From Priapulus caudatus (Eukaryota), in NCBI RefSeq assembly GCF_000485595.1, contig NW_014577082.1:252597-307139 (forward strand): 54,543 nucleotides of DNA, read 5' to 3'. The translations under genes were made by a program, and so were the position numbers. Of this stretch, positions 1 to 13,904 are shown piece after piece. A model generated the notes under the pieces. That model searched no databases and was not told where the DNA came from. It worked only from the letters and a program-made list of their open reading frames with translations. Numbering within the stretch: position 1 is the stretch's first letter; the number at the start of each line of letters is the position of its first letter.

Positions 1-2808
1 ACTCCAGCAAGTACAGCAGCATCTAATGCTCGTCGAAGTCGACTCAATGCACAGCCAATGCACGCACGTACCCTGTCCACAAAACGCCCGCACTGCACGC
101 CGAAAAGCAGCGCGCCGGCGTAATAACCAACCGAGTCTGGACGCGGAAAATTCCTTAATGCCCCTTAATCCCAGTGTCGCCCCACTCAAGACGGGAAACG
201 TCCCGCGACTAATCAACGCCGATTTGAATGGCGGCTTTCAGCAGCAGAGCTTGCCGATGCGTTCACACCAGGTGGCGCGCTCACTACACCCGACTTCTGC
301 GACTATGTGAATAGGTCTTTTCTTTCACCAAGCAAAGCGACACGCCGCATCCGTTAGTTGGGTCAGCGAGCCGCGACGCCACAGCTTCGTACCTTCTTCT
401 TGTTGACGACGCACGCTAGCGCCACACCCTGCCTTCCACGGTTCGAGGACTGGCCACACAGAGCATCGACTGAACATCACAGCCCAGCATGTTTACAATC
501 TCCAGCCGCCGACTCCTGGCAAACAGCGACGGACGATTTGTCCGATTAATAAGTAATATACAGATAACGGGTGCGATATGAACATCTCGTTAATGAAACG
601 GTTATTCGTCTAGCATTGCCAATATGTCAACTGTCATCACAACGACATATAATAAATAAATAAATAAATATTGTTATATATTATATGTTAATAGATGTAA
701 TGAATTACGACTTAAGTTTAATAGTGAGGATCGAAGTAAGCTGCACTAGTGGAGACAAGGATACACTAACGCTGGCCGATTTGGAAATGCTAAGAGCTGG
801 GTGGCGCAGCGATGGAGGGTGGTTGGACAGTGTGTACTATGTTCTAGCAGCTTACTGCTAGTGAGATTTTGCAGTTGTGTTGGCGGCTGTTTCTATACTT
901 ACTGTGGGTGAGATCTTGGATGCAGCTATGTTCTATAACTTACGTGGCGGAGTGCAGCGGATCTGCAAAAGGATGGCCTCGGGGTCCCTGTGTCGAAGCG
1001 CCGTAATGTTCTATACTTACTGTAGTGAGATCTTGCAGTGTGGGCTGGGGGTGTTCGTGTACGAGTTCTCCTACTGAGGACAGGCTGAGATCTTGTGCGT
1101 GCATTGGCTGTGCATTGAGTCGACTTCGACGAGCGTTAGATGCTGCTGTACTTGCTGGAGTCAGTGTATATGTCACAGACAGTGAGCAATGCAGTGTAAC
1201 TGGTCGCGAATGTACACGCGTTGCATGTTCATGTGTATAGTAACAGGCCTTTATAATTGGACAAATGAAAAGAGAGAGAAGGCCAAAAGAGTGGCAGACA
1301 AGGACGCCTGTTTGAGTGGGGTAAAAAGGAAGAGGGCTAAAAAGGGGAAGAGAATGTAAGAGGAAGACTGAAAACAGACGGAGCTTGACAGGCAAGGAGT
1401 TAAGAGTGCAGTGAATCTGTGGCAATGGGCACGAGTGCGAATCGTTAAATCGTTTTTTATCAGAACATTGTCTTGACACATTGAGACGTTTTATTTCAAA
1501 GCTGTTACCTGTCATTATTTTTTAAGATAAAGAAAATAAAACTACTTTTTATTGCTATGGGATGAATAGTGGTGTGGCTGAATTTGTTAATGTCACAGCT
1601 AAACTTGGATTGACTGATTGGAAACCTGATTGAAGAGTGAAAAGAGGGGGCGATTATGAAACCCATTCCCAGCCAACTTTGACTTATTACGTGTGTATGT
1701 TAGTAACCCAAAATTAATACGTAGTTGCAAAAAGGTTGCGAGCGTTATACGATTTATATTATGTTGTTTTTAAGAGCTTTCTGTACTTATGTCATGCATT
1801 GATCTGGTTCGCACCGTATACTGGAATGCATGTGAAATTGCATGCCTGTATACACAAGTAGCCAGTATTGAATTATTCAAGATTCAATGGGAATATTTTA
1901 GCGTTGCATAATTCATCGATGACGTTGAAGTAAATTTGTGATGGGGTAATGGAACGCCAGACTGCGGCAACAGTCGATTACGCATCGTCGATAAGTTATG
2001 CGGCCATTAAGCGGTTATCTCCGTTCGAGTGGCTATCGTTCTTTTCAATCAGGCTTCATTGCAAGCCCCGCCGGCTGCAATACTGCGCATTCATTACTGC
2101 ATTGCGGCATCACGGTAATTGCAATGAAATTGCGATCTTGCGGCAAACGCATGCGTGCATCTCTGTCCGGCTGTTAGCCATCGAACCCTGAGATCATCCC
2201 TTTAGATGCAGAGCGTCTATATTACGACAATCTTGGAACGTTGCTATCCTTATTTAATTGAAAAACGGGCTAGGCAGTGCAGACGGAGACGTTCAGTGAT
2301 GTGTTTACCCTCCTGTTATTAGGCGCGGGGAGTTTTCCCTGTCATCTAGTTATTTATAGGATTGCTTGGTTCCTACTTGCACTGTAAATTTCCGGTGTGT
2401 CATGCAGACGTGTTTTCAACTTTACTTACTCTGCACTGTGGTCATTGATATGTGTCAGAGGAAAAAAATAAAGACCTTTTACAATTTCCTCTGGTTATCA
2501 TCAGTTATAATGCAAATTCATCTGGATGACTTTTTTCGTGCAGCTTGTTATTCAAGAGAACGTTTTTGCAGCTACACTAAGTAATGAAAAGCTTCTCAGA
2601 AAAAAACAAATCACTAATTTTAAACATTGACTACTCCTGATTTCAAACGTCAAAAACTACGGATAGCATAAATTATTTTGTAAATAATGTATTGTAAATA
2701 ATTTGTTTGTACTTAACTTAACAATAGTAAAAATTAATATAAATATGTTATTAATACAGTATCCACACAGTTGCATCTCGAATCTAAGCATGTGATTGTG
2801 TCCAACAG

Positions 2809-5800
2809 GTTCGAATAACTTCTCAACAGACGATATCAAAGTGATACAGACCTGCTTCAAATACACAGCACCTGTACTTACCAGCACATTGGCATTCCAG
2901 AAGGAACGCATGCTCAAAAACCAAACGCAGGTAAGATAGCATTCTCACTTCACACTCATTTGTTTAAAATTCAATCAACTGACATATAATATGACAATGT
3001 AGCTATTATCCTATATAATAATATAGGGATAGTAGTTATATTGTTAATTTAGTCGTATCCAGTGTAACTAAGATCCTGCGATAACTCGATAAAATTAGAT
3101 AACATAATATTATACGATAATATTAATTCTGCAGTTTTAGAAAACTTGCTCTAACTATCTAACTTCTACGTAATTTGTAGATCTTGCATAATGTTTCATC
3201 GATACCTATCGATATATGATTTCAATATATATATATATGCCGTCGTACGCATTCTTTATCCGATACCATTTTATTATTCCAGACCTTGCTACATGTCGCG
3301 AAGAATCTATTCACCCATCTTGGTGAGTACAGCGCCGCGCTGCCCTCTCCTGGTTGCCTTCCTGTCCCGTCTCGCCATGCCGCAGACTCTCACCCAGCTT
3401 CCCAGCCATCCGGCTATGCCTCGAACGCTGATGACGCCGACGACGTTGCCGGAAGATCGAGTCCCGCCGTGTCACGCGCAGAGAGGTTATCACTGTCTGC
3501 GGGTCGCCAAGCGTGCAGACAACCCTGCGTGGGGAGCGATGATGCTCACGAATTAGGACCGGACGCCGGGGTCGCGGACGATGCGCAAGGGCGTGCATGT
3601 GCCGTGCGCCCATGTATGTGCACGCGTGCGTGCGTCTCTGCGTGCGTCTGCGTGCTTGTGCGTGTATAGGCCTACTTTTAAATTCACGCGGCGGAATTTT
3701 CGTTGGTCGAGTCCGCGGCTAGGTGTAATACTCTCTTGTAATACTTCGTCATTACATGTATAGACAGACACATATTGTCCCGGATCTGCGTCGATCGCTG
3801 ATTAAAGTGTTCGCGGTAACTTATATGTGCAGATCCACCCACTCTATTCCATCCGCAATTATAAGTAGCGGAAGCTACCAAACAACGGCATGAGTTGAGG
3901 GTTTTCGTCCATAACCGGCGGCCATCTTCCCAAAGAACGGCGGGGTTTTACTGCCGCGTCCGGTCACCTTCCCGCGAACAGTGACGAAGTAGTTTCACGC
4001 TCGTTCGCTACGTTGTCGTGGCGTCGTTCGTTTCGGTGCCGTTGCTTGAAATGACACTCGACGTGTGTTTTGTCGCGTTATTTAGCATCATTATTACAGC
4101 CCGTTATTGTTGTATCACCGATAGAAAAATTCTAAACAGCGACAGATTCCTCTATATAGTCCGTCGTTGGTCCCGAGCGTGCGGCGCGTGGGAAGGTTGG
4201 TTCTAGTATGTACCGCAGTGACGTACGCTTCAACATTGGCGCACTATCTACGTAGCGGAGTTCTTTACTCAGTTGACTGTGGTTTTATCAAGAGGTAATA
4301 ATACGTAGCTATAAAATAGGTATTATTAGCTCTTGGTTTACTCCATGTCCGAAATATATGTGCGATTCTACTCGCCAGTAAGGGTGCTGAAATGCATGTG
4401 CTGACGTACATCGGGGCTGCGCGAGACCTGCGTTTCCTAACGTCGGCCTCCACATCACTATAGCAGGTTCACGACAATAGTACGCGCTACGCGGTTATGT
4501 AGGTAATACTAGGTTTAGCTTAAGTTGAATATCTGCGTGTTCGAGCGCACAGCCATTGTGCGCGTATAGCGGAACACAGACAAAAGACACGATTTTGAGG
4601 GATTTTGGAAAATGAGTTCGCCTTCGTTACGACATAATCAGGCGCGTATTCGAACTAATAACGCATGAAATCGTGGCGGCTCTAATGTGCCCTGCGTCGA
4701 GCTATAATGGCTTTTTTAGCTCATCTGACATAGTCAGATGCAGCTTGTAGAATCGCATGAGCGTGCGTCCGTGCGTCCGTCCGTGCGTGCGTCCGTCAAC
4801 AGTTGGGCACAAATCTAAACGGCTCGACGTACGGTCACGATATTCGGGACGTGGGGGGTAATCCGAAAACCGTTTGCTAGCGTGTCGTAACATTGTGTTC
4901 CGTGACATGCTAGCGTGTCATAACATCGAGTTCCGTGGCATGCTAGCGTGTCGTAACATTGTGTTCCGTGGCATGCTAGCGTGTTCCGTGGCATGCTAGC
5001 ATGTCATCACACCGTGTAGCGTGGCATGCTATCATGTCATCACACCGTGTAGCGTGACATGCTAGCGTGCCATCACGCCTTGTACTGTGGCGGCGGCGGC
5101 GGCGGTGGTGGTGGTGTAGTAGTGATGGTGGTGGCAGTGTCGGCAGCAGCGGCGGCATGCCACTTCTTGCGTGGCGACGGGCCTCTACGATTTCTACTCC
5201 AAAATAATATGAAGAACTCGTCCCTTCAGAAACGAAACAATATCAGTCCTACCTGACCTACCCCAACCCAAGACCTTTAGTATTTTTTACTTAGAGTATG
5301 GATAAAATCAAGAGTAGATAATAACACTATGTACTATGTAACTTTTATGTGTTATTATCTACTCTTGATAAAATGTATCCGCAGCTATTGAAAAAAACTG
5401 CGACAATGTTGGTAAACATCAAAGCGAAGCCCCGTTATCCTAGTCGCTCCGTCTGACCCTGTATAGACAGACACCAGCGCAATTCACAAGCGTGCATTTG
5501 TGTGCCGAGGGGTTTTTCACCGTCTATGAATGTGATTCACGCCGGACAGGGGAAATCTGGAGAGAGAACCGATAGCACTACACACGCCCCACTCCCACTA
5601 CCCACTCCGCCTCTGGCGTGCGATCACTACCGCATGAGGGATGTGGTACCGACGGGGTAGATAACGTATTGACGACGCGTGATGACGCGCAGATGACGTG
5701 TGATGACGTGCCGATGACGTGAGATGACGTCTCGATGGCGTGTTATGACATGTAGATGACACGATATAGGTGACATGTGCTGACGTGTAAATGACGCAGG

Positions 5801-8800
5801 TCTAGCTAACCTGTACACAGATCTTTCGCCGTAGCTCGTCAGTATTTGCTGTTTTTGTTTCGCGTTTGTGTCGAGCTAACGCTAATCTACTCGCATCGCT
5901 CTTATACTTGCAGGTTGCCTGTAGCGAGTACACAAGCTTACACGAGAAACAGCTGGATCTCTTAAGGAAACATGTAAGTAATGAAGGATCTATGGTTAGA
6001 AAATTGTAAATGACGAATTGTATAAATATGTAGAAATCTAATAGAGAAGGGCGCTCGTGTTTGACAGGCAGTGTCAGAGGCACGGTCTCTTGTTTATCTC
6101 TTTTTTCTTTCTGACTTCCCTCGCTCTCGCTCTCTCCCGCTCTATCTATCCATTCATCTCTGTCTGTCTATCTATCTATCTATTTCACCCCTCGCTGTCC
6201 TTTCACGTGATTACTTGTGACCGGTCCGCTAGATTACTTCTAGCCGGTCCTACTGCGCTGTCGTGATTAGCTACTTAATGTAATTAAGGTGACAGAGGCA
6301 GTGGCCTGCGGTGTCATCTATCCGTTATCGTATTTACTCAGACGCCGCTGCGCTGGCACCTAGCTTGTGTAGCCGTGTACGGGGTCAAGTCAGCAGTGAA
6401 GGGCGTGATTTATGTGTATAGGCCTCCCTGCTAAGGCACGGCGTCACCCTTCCCCATGACAGCTTCCATCCTTTCACTCTCGCATGGACTCACTCTCGCA
6501 TGTACTCGCTCTCGCACGCACACGCACGCGCACACGCGCACGCACGCTCTCGCTCACTTACGGACACAAGCACGCACGCTCGCGCTCACTCACGGACACG
6601 CGCACGCACGCTCGCGCTCACTCACGGACACGCGCACGCACGCTCGCGCTCACTCACGGACACGCGCACGCACGCTCGCGCTCACTCATGGACACAAGCA
6701 CGCACGCTTGCGCTCACTCACGGACAAAAGCACGCACGCTCGCGCTCACTCACGGACACAAGCACGCACGCACGCTCTCGCTCACTCACGGACACAATTC
6801 TCGCTCACTCACGCACACATGCACGCTCTCGCTTACTCACGCACACACACGCACTCTCACGCACACGCACACGCGCACGCTCTCGCTCACTCACGCACAC
6901 ACACGCACGCTCTCGCTTACTCACGCACACACACGCACTCTCACGCACACGCGCACGCTCTCGCTCACTCACGCACACACACGCTCTTGCTCTTGCTCAC
7001 TCACGCACACACACGCTAGGGGGTAGGTCCCAACATTGAAGAGTTAAGAATCGAGGGGATAGGGCTAAGAAGTAAGGAGATTAAGAGTCAGGGCGTTGGT
7101 TCTAACAGCGAGGGGGCGGGTCCCGGCAGCGAGGGGGCGGGTCCCGGCAGCGAGGGGGCGGGTCCCGGCAGCGAGGGGGTAGGTCCCAACATTGAAGAGT
7201 TAAGGATTGAGGGGATAGGGCTAAGGAGTAAGGAGATTAAGAGTCAGGGCGTTGGTTCTAACAGCGAGAGGGCGGGCCCTAGCAGTGAGGGCGGGGCCGG
7301 CTCTGGGGGTCGCGCATGGGCCACGCTAGTCAGACGCACGACAGCACGCGTCGCAGAGCGCATCAGTCTGAACCTCCAGGGGGCGCTGCGCTCTGCGCAC
7401 GACACCTCGACTGCGGGCGGGCCCAAGCCGGACGCCGCCGATGCATCCGATGATGACCTCACCCTCGCGCTGGACTTCAGCGATCCGTCGCTGCTCGCAG
7501 CGGATGCTGAGGAAGATGAGGATGCTGCAGATATTACAGATGCTGCGGACATGGCTTCATACCGACCGGCTTTCCTCCGATCGCTCTCCTGTCCGATTCC
7601 CTCGCTCCAGGCTCATGCCCTGCACGTTGTACATCCGTCTGTTACCCACCTCATCCTGGAGAACAGGGCGACCCAGCATCCCATCATCCCGGTCTCGCCC
7701 CTCCGACGTGGTATGCATAATTCTTAGCTTTTTCCCGTCGTCCACGAATCCGAGTGTGACCAGGACAGATCGCGCAGAGCATATATGTTTAAAAAACGTA
7801 TATATATATATATAATTTATATATTTATGTATATTTTGAAAGCCGGGGTTAAATTTACGTATACGTTCGTGCATAATTCCCGTAGAGGCCTGTGTTGCGT
7901 AACATTCGACTTGTCGCGGAGGGGGATTGTCAAGTATAGCGATTACACATCGCACGTGTGATGCGAATATGTGCTACGGTATCGGTCGAACGGTGATTAC
8001 GTGTGCGAGGTGCTTGCTTGCGCAGATGGCTGAACGCTCCCCCTTTTTAATGACGACGATTTGCACGAGCCACTCAGCATCTTCGCTTGTTGTTATTTAA
8101 TCGCGAATCCATCGCGATAATCGATCGATTCGGCATTTACCATCATCGCGGATGCCATTTCCCTCTCGAACGGTTTCATGTTGCTCTAAGCACGACTGCG
8201 GAAAAACACTCATTATATGCGAGCCGAGGTTGTCTCTCTCGGCCCGAGCTAATGAGGTACAGCAAAGACAAATAGGTTCACCTCCTTAACGCTGTATTGA
8301 TTTCCCGCCAACAACATCTCCGAATACGAACAGAAGCAGTCCGTCCGTAGATGCCCGTGGTTTCCTCCGCCGGTCACGCTCGAAGTGTACAGGAAGATTA
8401 AAGGTTTTTCCGTGTAAGGAAAATTCTGCCCGGATTCGTGCTCTCGATGCTTTGTATCGGGTCCCGGAGCGAATGCGCGCTGAAGCGATGTTGTCTGGCA
8501 CTTTGTGCTGCAGGTTATGTTGTTGCTCGTAGAAGGGGGTCGCGAAGGCGTGTGTCGCTCTTGCTGTAATACCTCTCCCGGTGTGTTTCAGAGGACGTGA
8601 CCTTACTGCTAAAGGAAATCATGCAAGAGGCGAGACATCTCACTCAGGCAGAAAGGTCAGTGCAGAGAAAGGGCCAGATGATGTATTTATATGATAGTTT
8701 ATTTAGATTTGTTTCTCTGTTTGTTTGCGGATTTGTTCATTTATCTGTCTGTTTGCATACTGGTGTGATAGTTTGTTTGCTTTATTGTTCTCGCGTTGGA

Positions 8801-11537
8801 AGTGTCTAATATTACTTTCTTTTCAATTCATTTTTGTTCTGTTTTTAATAGTCTGTATTACAAGTGGATTACTCAACTGAATATTAGTAATATTAAGCTA
8901 AAAAGTTTATTTTGAAAACAGATCTTGACCTATTGCCAGAGTAGAACTGTTAAAATCTGTTCAAACTGTTTTGAACGTCTATCATATGTGTTGGAGTATT
9001 TGTTGATTACTGGTTGATGCAAATGTGACTGCACTGTCAGTCGTGTAAGGCAATGTAAGGCTGATTCAACCTTTAAGCATTCCGTGGCTGCTTCATTGCA
9101 TTCATGTTTTGGTAAAAATTCCTGTAGATTTAGAGTCACTGGTTTTTTCTACGTTTTACCAATTCTATAATGCATTCTCGCAGAGCACTCGGCATTTCTG
9201 AAATTCAAAACACCTATTGCATATTCGCGATCGTTGTCACCAAATATTGTTTGACGCATCGATGACCTCATTCATTTGGCATGTCAGAATTTCGATCAGT
9301 TGTGTTAACGAACAGTGATTATTGCTGTCAAATCTAACCGAGAATTAATTGAGAGATTCGCTGCTTCGTTTACAGCTACGAGTATTATACACACTAGCTG
9401 CTGCATCATTGTGCTGCTTACCGTATATACTCGCGTAATTAATAACCGCAAATTTGGCCTCAGATTTCAGCCCTGTATTTGCTCTGCGGTTTATAAGTGC
9501 GCCATACCGTGAGGGGAAATATACTAGGCGCAATACTTGGTTACCCGATTCAAATTGAGGTGCGGCTTATAGGCGCCCGCGGTTATTACGCGATCATATA
9601 CGGTAAATGTTTCAGAGGTTGAACTGCTGCGAACCTTTCCAACAATCCTTTTAAGTGTGTTTTTGTAAACAAAGAGATTATTAGGAATCGATTAAAGCTA
9701 TTTTATTAGAGCGAGAGCTTTTCAGGAATAATTTCCCTGCGGGCGCTTAGATGAAAACCGCTAATAATTCTGGTGAGTTCCCCGCTGCGTCGGCTAACCG
9801 TAGAATTAAGGTTTTCCCTTTGAACATATAATGACACGCGTTTGCGATGTGTAACACGCAGTCATCTCGATTGTTTCAGGTGTTCATTGTTCCTGCTGGA
9901 CAAGGAACAGAACGAACTCGTGGCAAAGGTCTTTGATGGCGACGTAGCTCAAGACCAAACGAAACTTGACGAGGGAGAGGTACGTGGGGGAGAGGTGCAT
10001 GAGGGAGAGGTGAGGAAGGGAGGGGTGTGCGATGGGGGGGGGTGCACGAGAGAGAGGTGTGTGAGGGAAAGGTGCACGAGGGAGAGATGCGCGACGCAAG
10101 GGAGAGGTGTGCAAGGGAGAGGTGTGCAAGGGGGAGGGGTGCAAGGAAGGAGTGTGCAAGGGAGATTTACACGAGTACACTGCAAGATCTCACTACAGTA
10201 AGTATCAGGAGTAGATAATAGGGAGGAGTGTGACATCAATAAACAAGGGGAATTCGTCATTTACTAGCCTTATAATACCTACGATTTACTACACGTAACT
10301 CATCCAACTTGAGCTCAAATCGGACCCAGTACATTCGCCCATCATCGTACGAAATCGTTTCCTCGTAGACACCCGCAATCCGGAGATACAGCCTAAAACG
10401 TACGACACGATTCTCCATTCTTTGGCCATCAATCCAACGCCATTGCGCGCCTATAATTCAAACAAAAGGCAGCTACCTAACGCGCTATTGCTAACTGAGC
10501 GAGCCACATGGCTCGCTGGGAGATTAGGCATCAACACTCGGCGAGATAACCTTTGACCCGGTACACAGCTACACAGGCCACCTTTGACCCGGTACACAGC
10601 TACACAGGCCACCTTTGTACATAGCTGGCATGCCTTCACGCACGCACGTTGTGTGGATCTCCAATCTCCCTGTGAGCCACAACGCCACATTCAGCTATCC
10701 CAGAGAGCAAACACAGCGACTGCGCGCCAGGTTGCTGCCTTTTGTCTGAATTATAGGCGCGCAATGGGCGTTGGATTAATGGCCATATTACCGATGTTCC
10801 TTTCTCTCTGCATTTCAGCGGAGCTCTACGATCAGGATGCAAGGAAGTTACAGCTCAAGCTCGTCGGATACGTAAGTAGGCCGTCGTTGACGTCATCCCT
10901 TCTGCAATCACGATAGCGAACGCAGGCTGGCATGCATTAGTTACTGAAAATCCTTTCTTGCGAGACTGGGCTTTTCCTGTCAGTTGGACTTCGTTGTCAT
11001 TGATAATCATTAATTTCGTCGGCGCATCGTTTACGATGGAAGCTGCGGAGATTGGCTTCCGCCGTCTCGCCCAGGTGATGACGTTATTTGCGGATAACTT
11101 GTGCAGAAAGTTTGTGTTTGTAGAGTTTCTTCCGCGACGACGCTGAGTAGCTTTGCTGGCGCTAGCGTGCCGCACATAGTTATTGATTTAGATCGTTGGC
11201 TGCCCGAAAAACCCGCAACCACGTACGTGTGCAAGGCAGTCGTCTGTGCATGCTCGGCAGGCAGTACACGGAGTTCTAGCACGCACGCACGCACGCTTAC
11301 ACGAATGTTCGCATGCGCGCGCACGCACACACACGCACGCACGCACGCGTACACATGCGCACGCAACCGCACACACACGCTCACACGAACGCACGCACAT
11401 GCATACACGCACACACGCAACCGCACACGCACACACACGCTCTCACGAACGCATGCACATGGACACACACGCACGCACGCGTACACCCGCGTACGCAACC
11501 GCACACGCACACACACGTTCACACGAACGCACACACA

Positions 11538-11602
<65 letters not shown>

Positions 11603-12792
11603 GCACGCGCGCGCGCACATCGCGCTGCTCCTTTATACACGCAGCGCGTGATGACGGATGGCCGGCTAGGATTTTGCGCGAGCGCTCTTGCAGACTTCCG
11701 TTGTCGCCACTTATTGCTAATAGTCGGTCGGTATTGACGCTTCTTCGGCCGGCGTTGCCTCGCGGCGTGGTTTAACGGAGTGGAGACAGGGGCCGGCACA
11801 GACGAGCGCTCTAAACAGCAGCGGCAGCAACATCACCACCACCACGAGCAGCAGCAGCAGCACCGCCACCACTACCAACAATAGCAGCAACAATGGCAAC
11901 AGCGCCGCAACCATCAACAGCAAGAACAACAATAACAACAACATCACCAATAGCAGTAGCAGCAGAAGCAGAAGCAGCAGTAGCAGCAACAGCAGTGGCG
12001 GCGGCGGTGGTGGTGGTGGTGGAAGTAGTAGGAGCAGCAGCAGCAGCACCGCAGCAGTAGCAGCAACAACAGCAGCAACAGCAGCAGTAGCAACAGTACC
12101 ACCAGTAGCAATAGCAGTGGCAGTGGCAGCAGCAACAGCAACAGCAGCAGCAGCAGCAGCAGCAGTAGCAGCAGTAGCAGCAGCAGCAGCAACAGCAACA
12201 GCAGCAGCAGCAGCAGCAGTAGTAGCAGTAGCAGCAGTAGCAGCAGTAGCAATAACAGCAGCAGTAGAAGCAGCAATCACAGCAGTAGTAGCAGCAGCAG
12301 CAGTAGCAGGAGAAGCAGCAATAACAGCAGTAGCAGCAGTAGCAGCAGTAGCAGCAGTAGCAGCAGTGTCTTGCAGCGAGCGGAGGTGCGGTTGCCGGCG
12401 GACCAGGGCATCGCGGGCCACGTCGCCACAAGCGGTGAGCTGCTGAACATACGCGACGCCTACTCGCACCCACTCTTCTACAGCGGCGTCGACGAAGCCA
12501 CCGGCTTCCGAACGCGCAACATCCTCTGCATTCCCATCCGAGACGACAAAGGTAGGGGGTGCTGCTGCACGGTGGTGGTGGTGCTGCTGCTGCTGCTGCC
12601 GGTGGTGGTGGTGGTGGTGGTGGTGGTGTCCATTGCTGCTGCTGCTGCTGCGGTTACTGCTGCTGCTACTGCTGTCACTGCTGCTGCTACTGCTGCTACT
12701 GCTGTCATTGCTGCTGCTGCTGCTGCTGCTGCTGCTATTATTGCTGCTGCAGGAATCACTGCTGCTGCTGCTGTCATTGCTGCTGCATGAAG

Positions 12793-12844
<52 letters not shown>

Positions 12845-13761
12845 ATCATTGCTGCTGCATGAATCACTGCTGCTGCTGTCATTTCTGTTGCTGCCATTAC
12901 TGTTATTACAATTATTGCTATTCTAACCGCTGATTATTTTGCTGGTACGGCCGCTGCACTATTCATTTCCTAATTAAAGCTGGTTGACTATTTCCGATCT
13001 ATTCTATATCAATGCTTACCGTACCGTACTGCCTTTCGTCTCTCACGGTATTAGTAATCAGCATGGCTCTGTAATGGTTTCGTGTTGATTTCGTTTCAGG
13101 TGTAATAGGAATAGCAGAACTGTGCAATAAACTGAATGGTGCTTACTTTACCAAGTTTGACGAAGAGATCGCCACTGCTTTCTCTGTCTACTGCGGCCTC
13201 AGTATTGTACACGTGAGTATCGTCACAGACCCTCTCTAGCGTAGCAGTGAGAGTGACTGGTTCCCAGGTTTTAGCTCACGAGATTTCAGCTGAACTGATC
13301 ATGGGCCGCTGCCTGTATCTCACGCAGCTTACACGCGCACGCTCTCGCTCACTCACGCACACGCGCACGCTCTCGCTCACTCACGCACACACACGCGCAC
13401 GCTCTCGCTCACTCACGCACAAACACGCTGTTGCTATATCGCTCACTCACGCACACACGCTCTTGCTCTCGCTCACTCACGCACACACACGCTCTCGCCC
13501 TTGCACACGCACGCACTCTCGCTCACGCACGCACACAGACGCTCTAGCTCTCGCTCACGCACGCACACACACGCTCTAGCTCTCGCTCACTCGCGCACAC
13601 ACACGCACGCACTCTCGCTCACTCGCACACGCGCACGCGCGTACGTTGACCATGCTGCAGCTGCCGCCAGCAGGGCCGCGTGTATTTATCTCGAGGTGAC
13701 AGCGCGCAGCGGTGACCGCCGACCTGTTGTCTTGAACGCCCTGCAGTATCCTCTCCCGCTA

Positions 13762-13804
<43 letters not shown>

Positions 13805-13831
13805 CATATACATGTGTGTGTGTTCGTGTGT

Positions 13832-13904
<73 letters not shown>

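Noticed and set aside
2260..2400. Possible degraded GAF-A exon (RSVMCLP)
   Set aside because: In-frame stops and no clear splice sites.
6456..7039. Long HTHTRAR/THA-type ORFs, also at 11031-11799, 13686-14130 and 47118-47510
   Set aside because: Translations of dinucleotide/tetranucleotide microsatellites, open in all frames.
11717..12933. Poly-Ala/Cys/Leu ORFs up to 250 aa
   Set aside because: Trinucleotide tracts; only 12377-12551 is a real exon.
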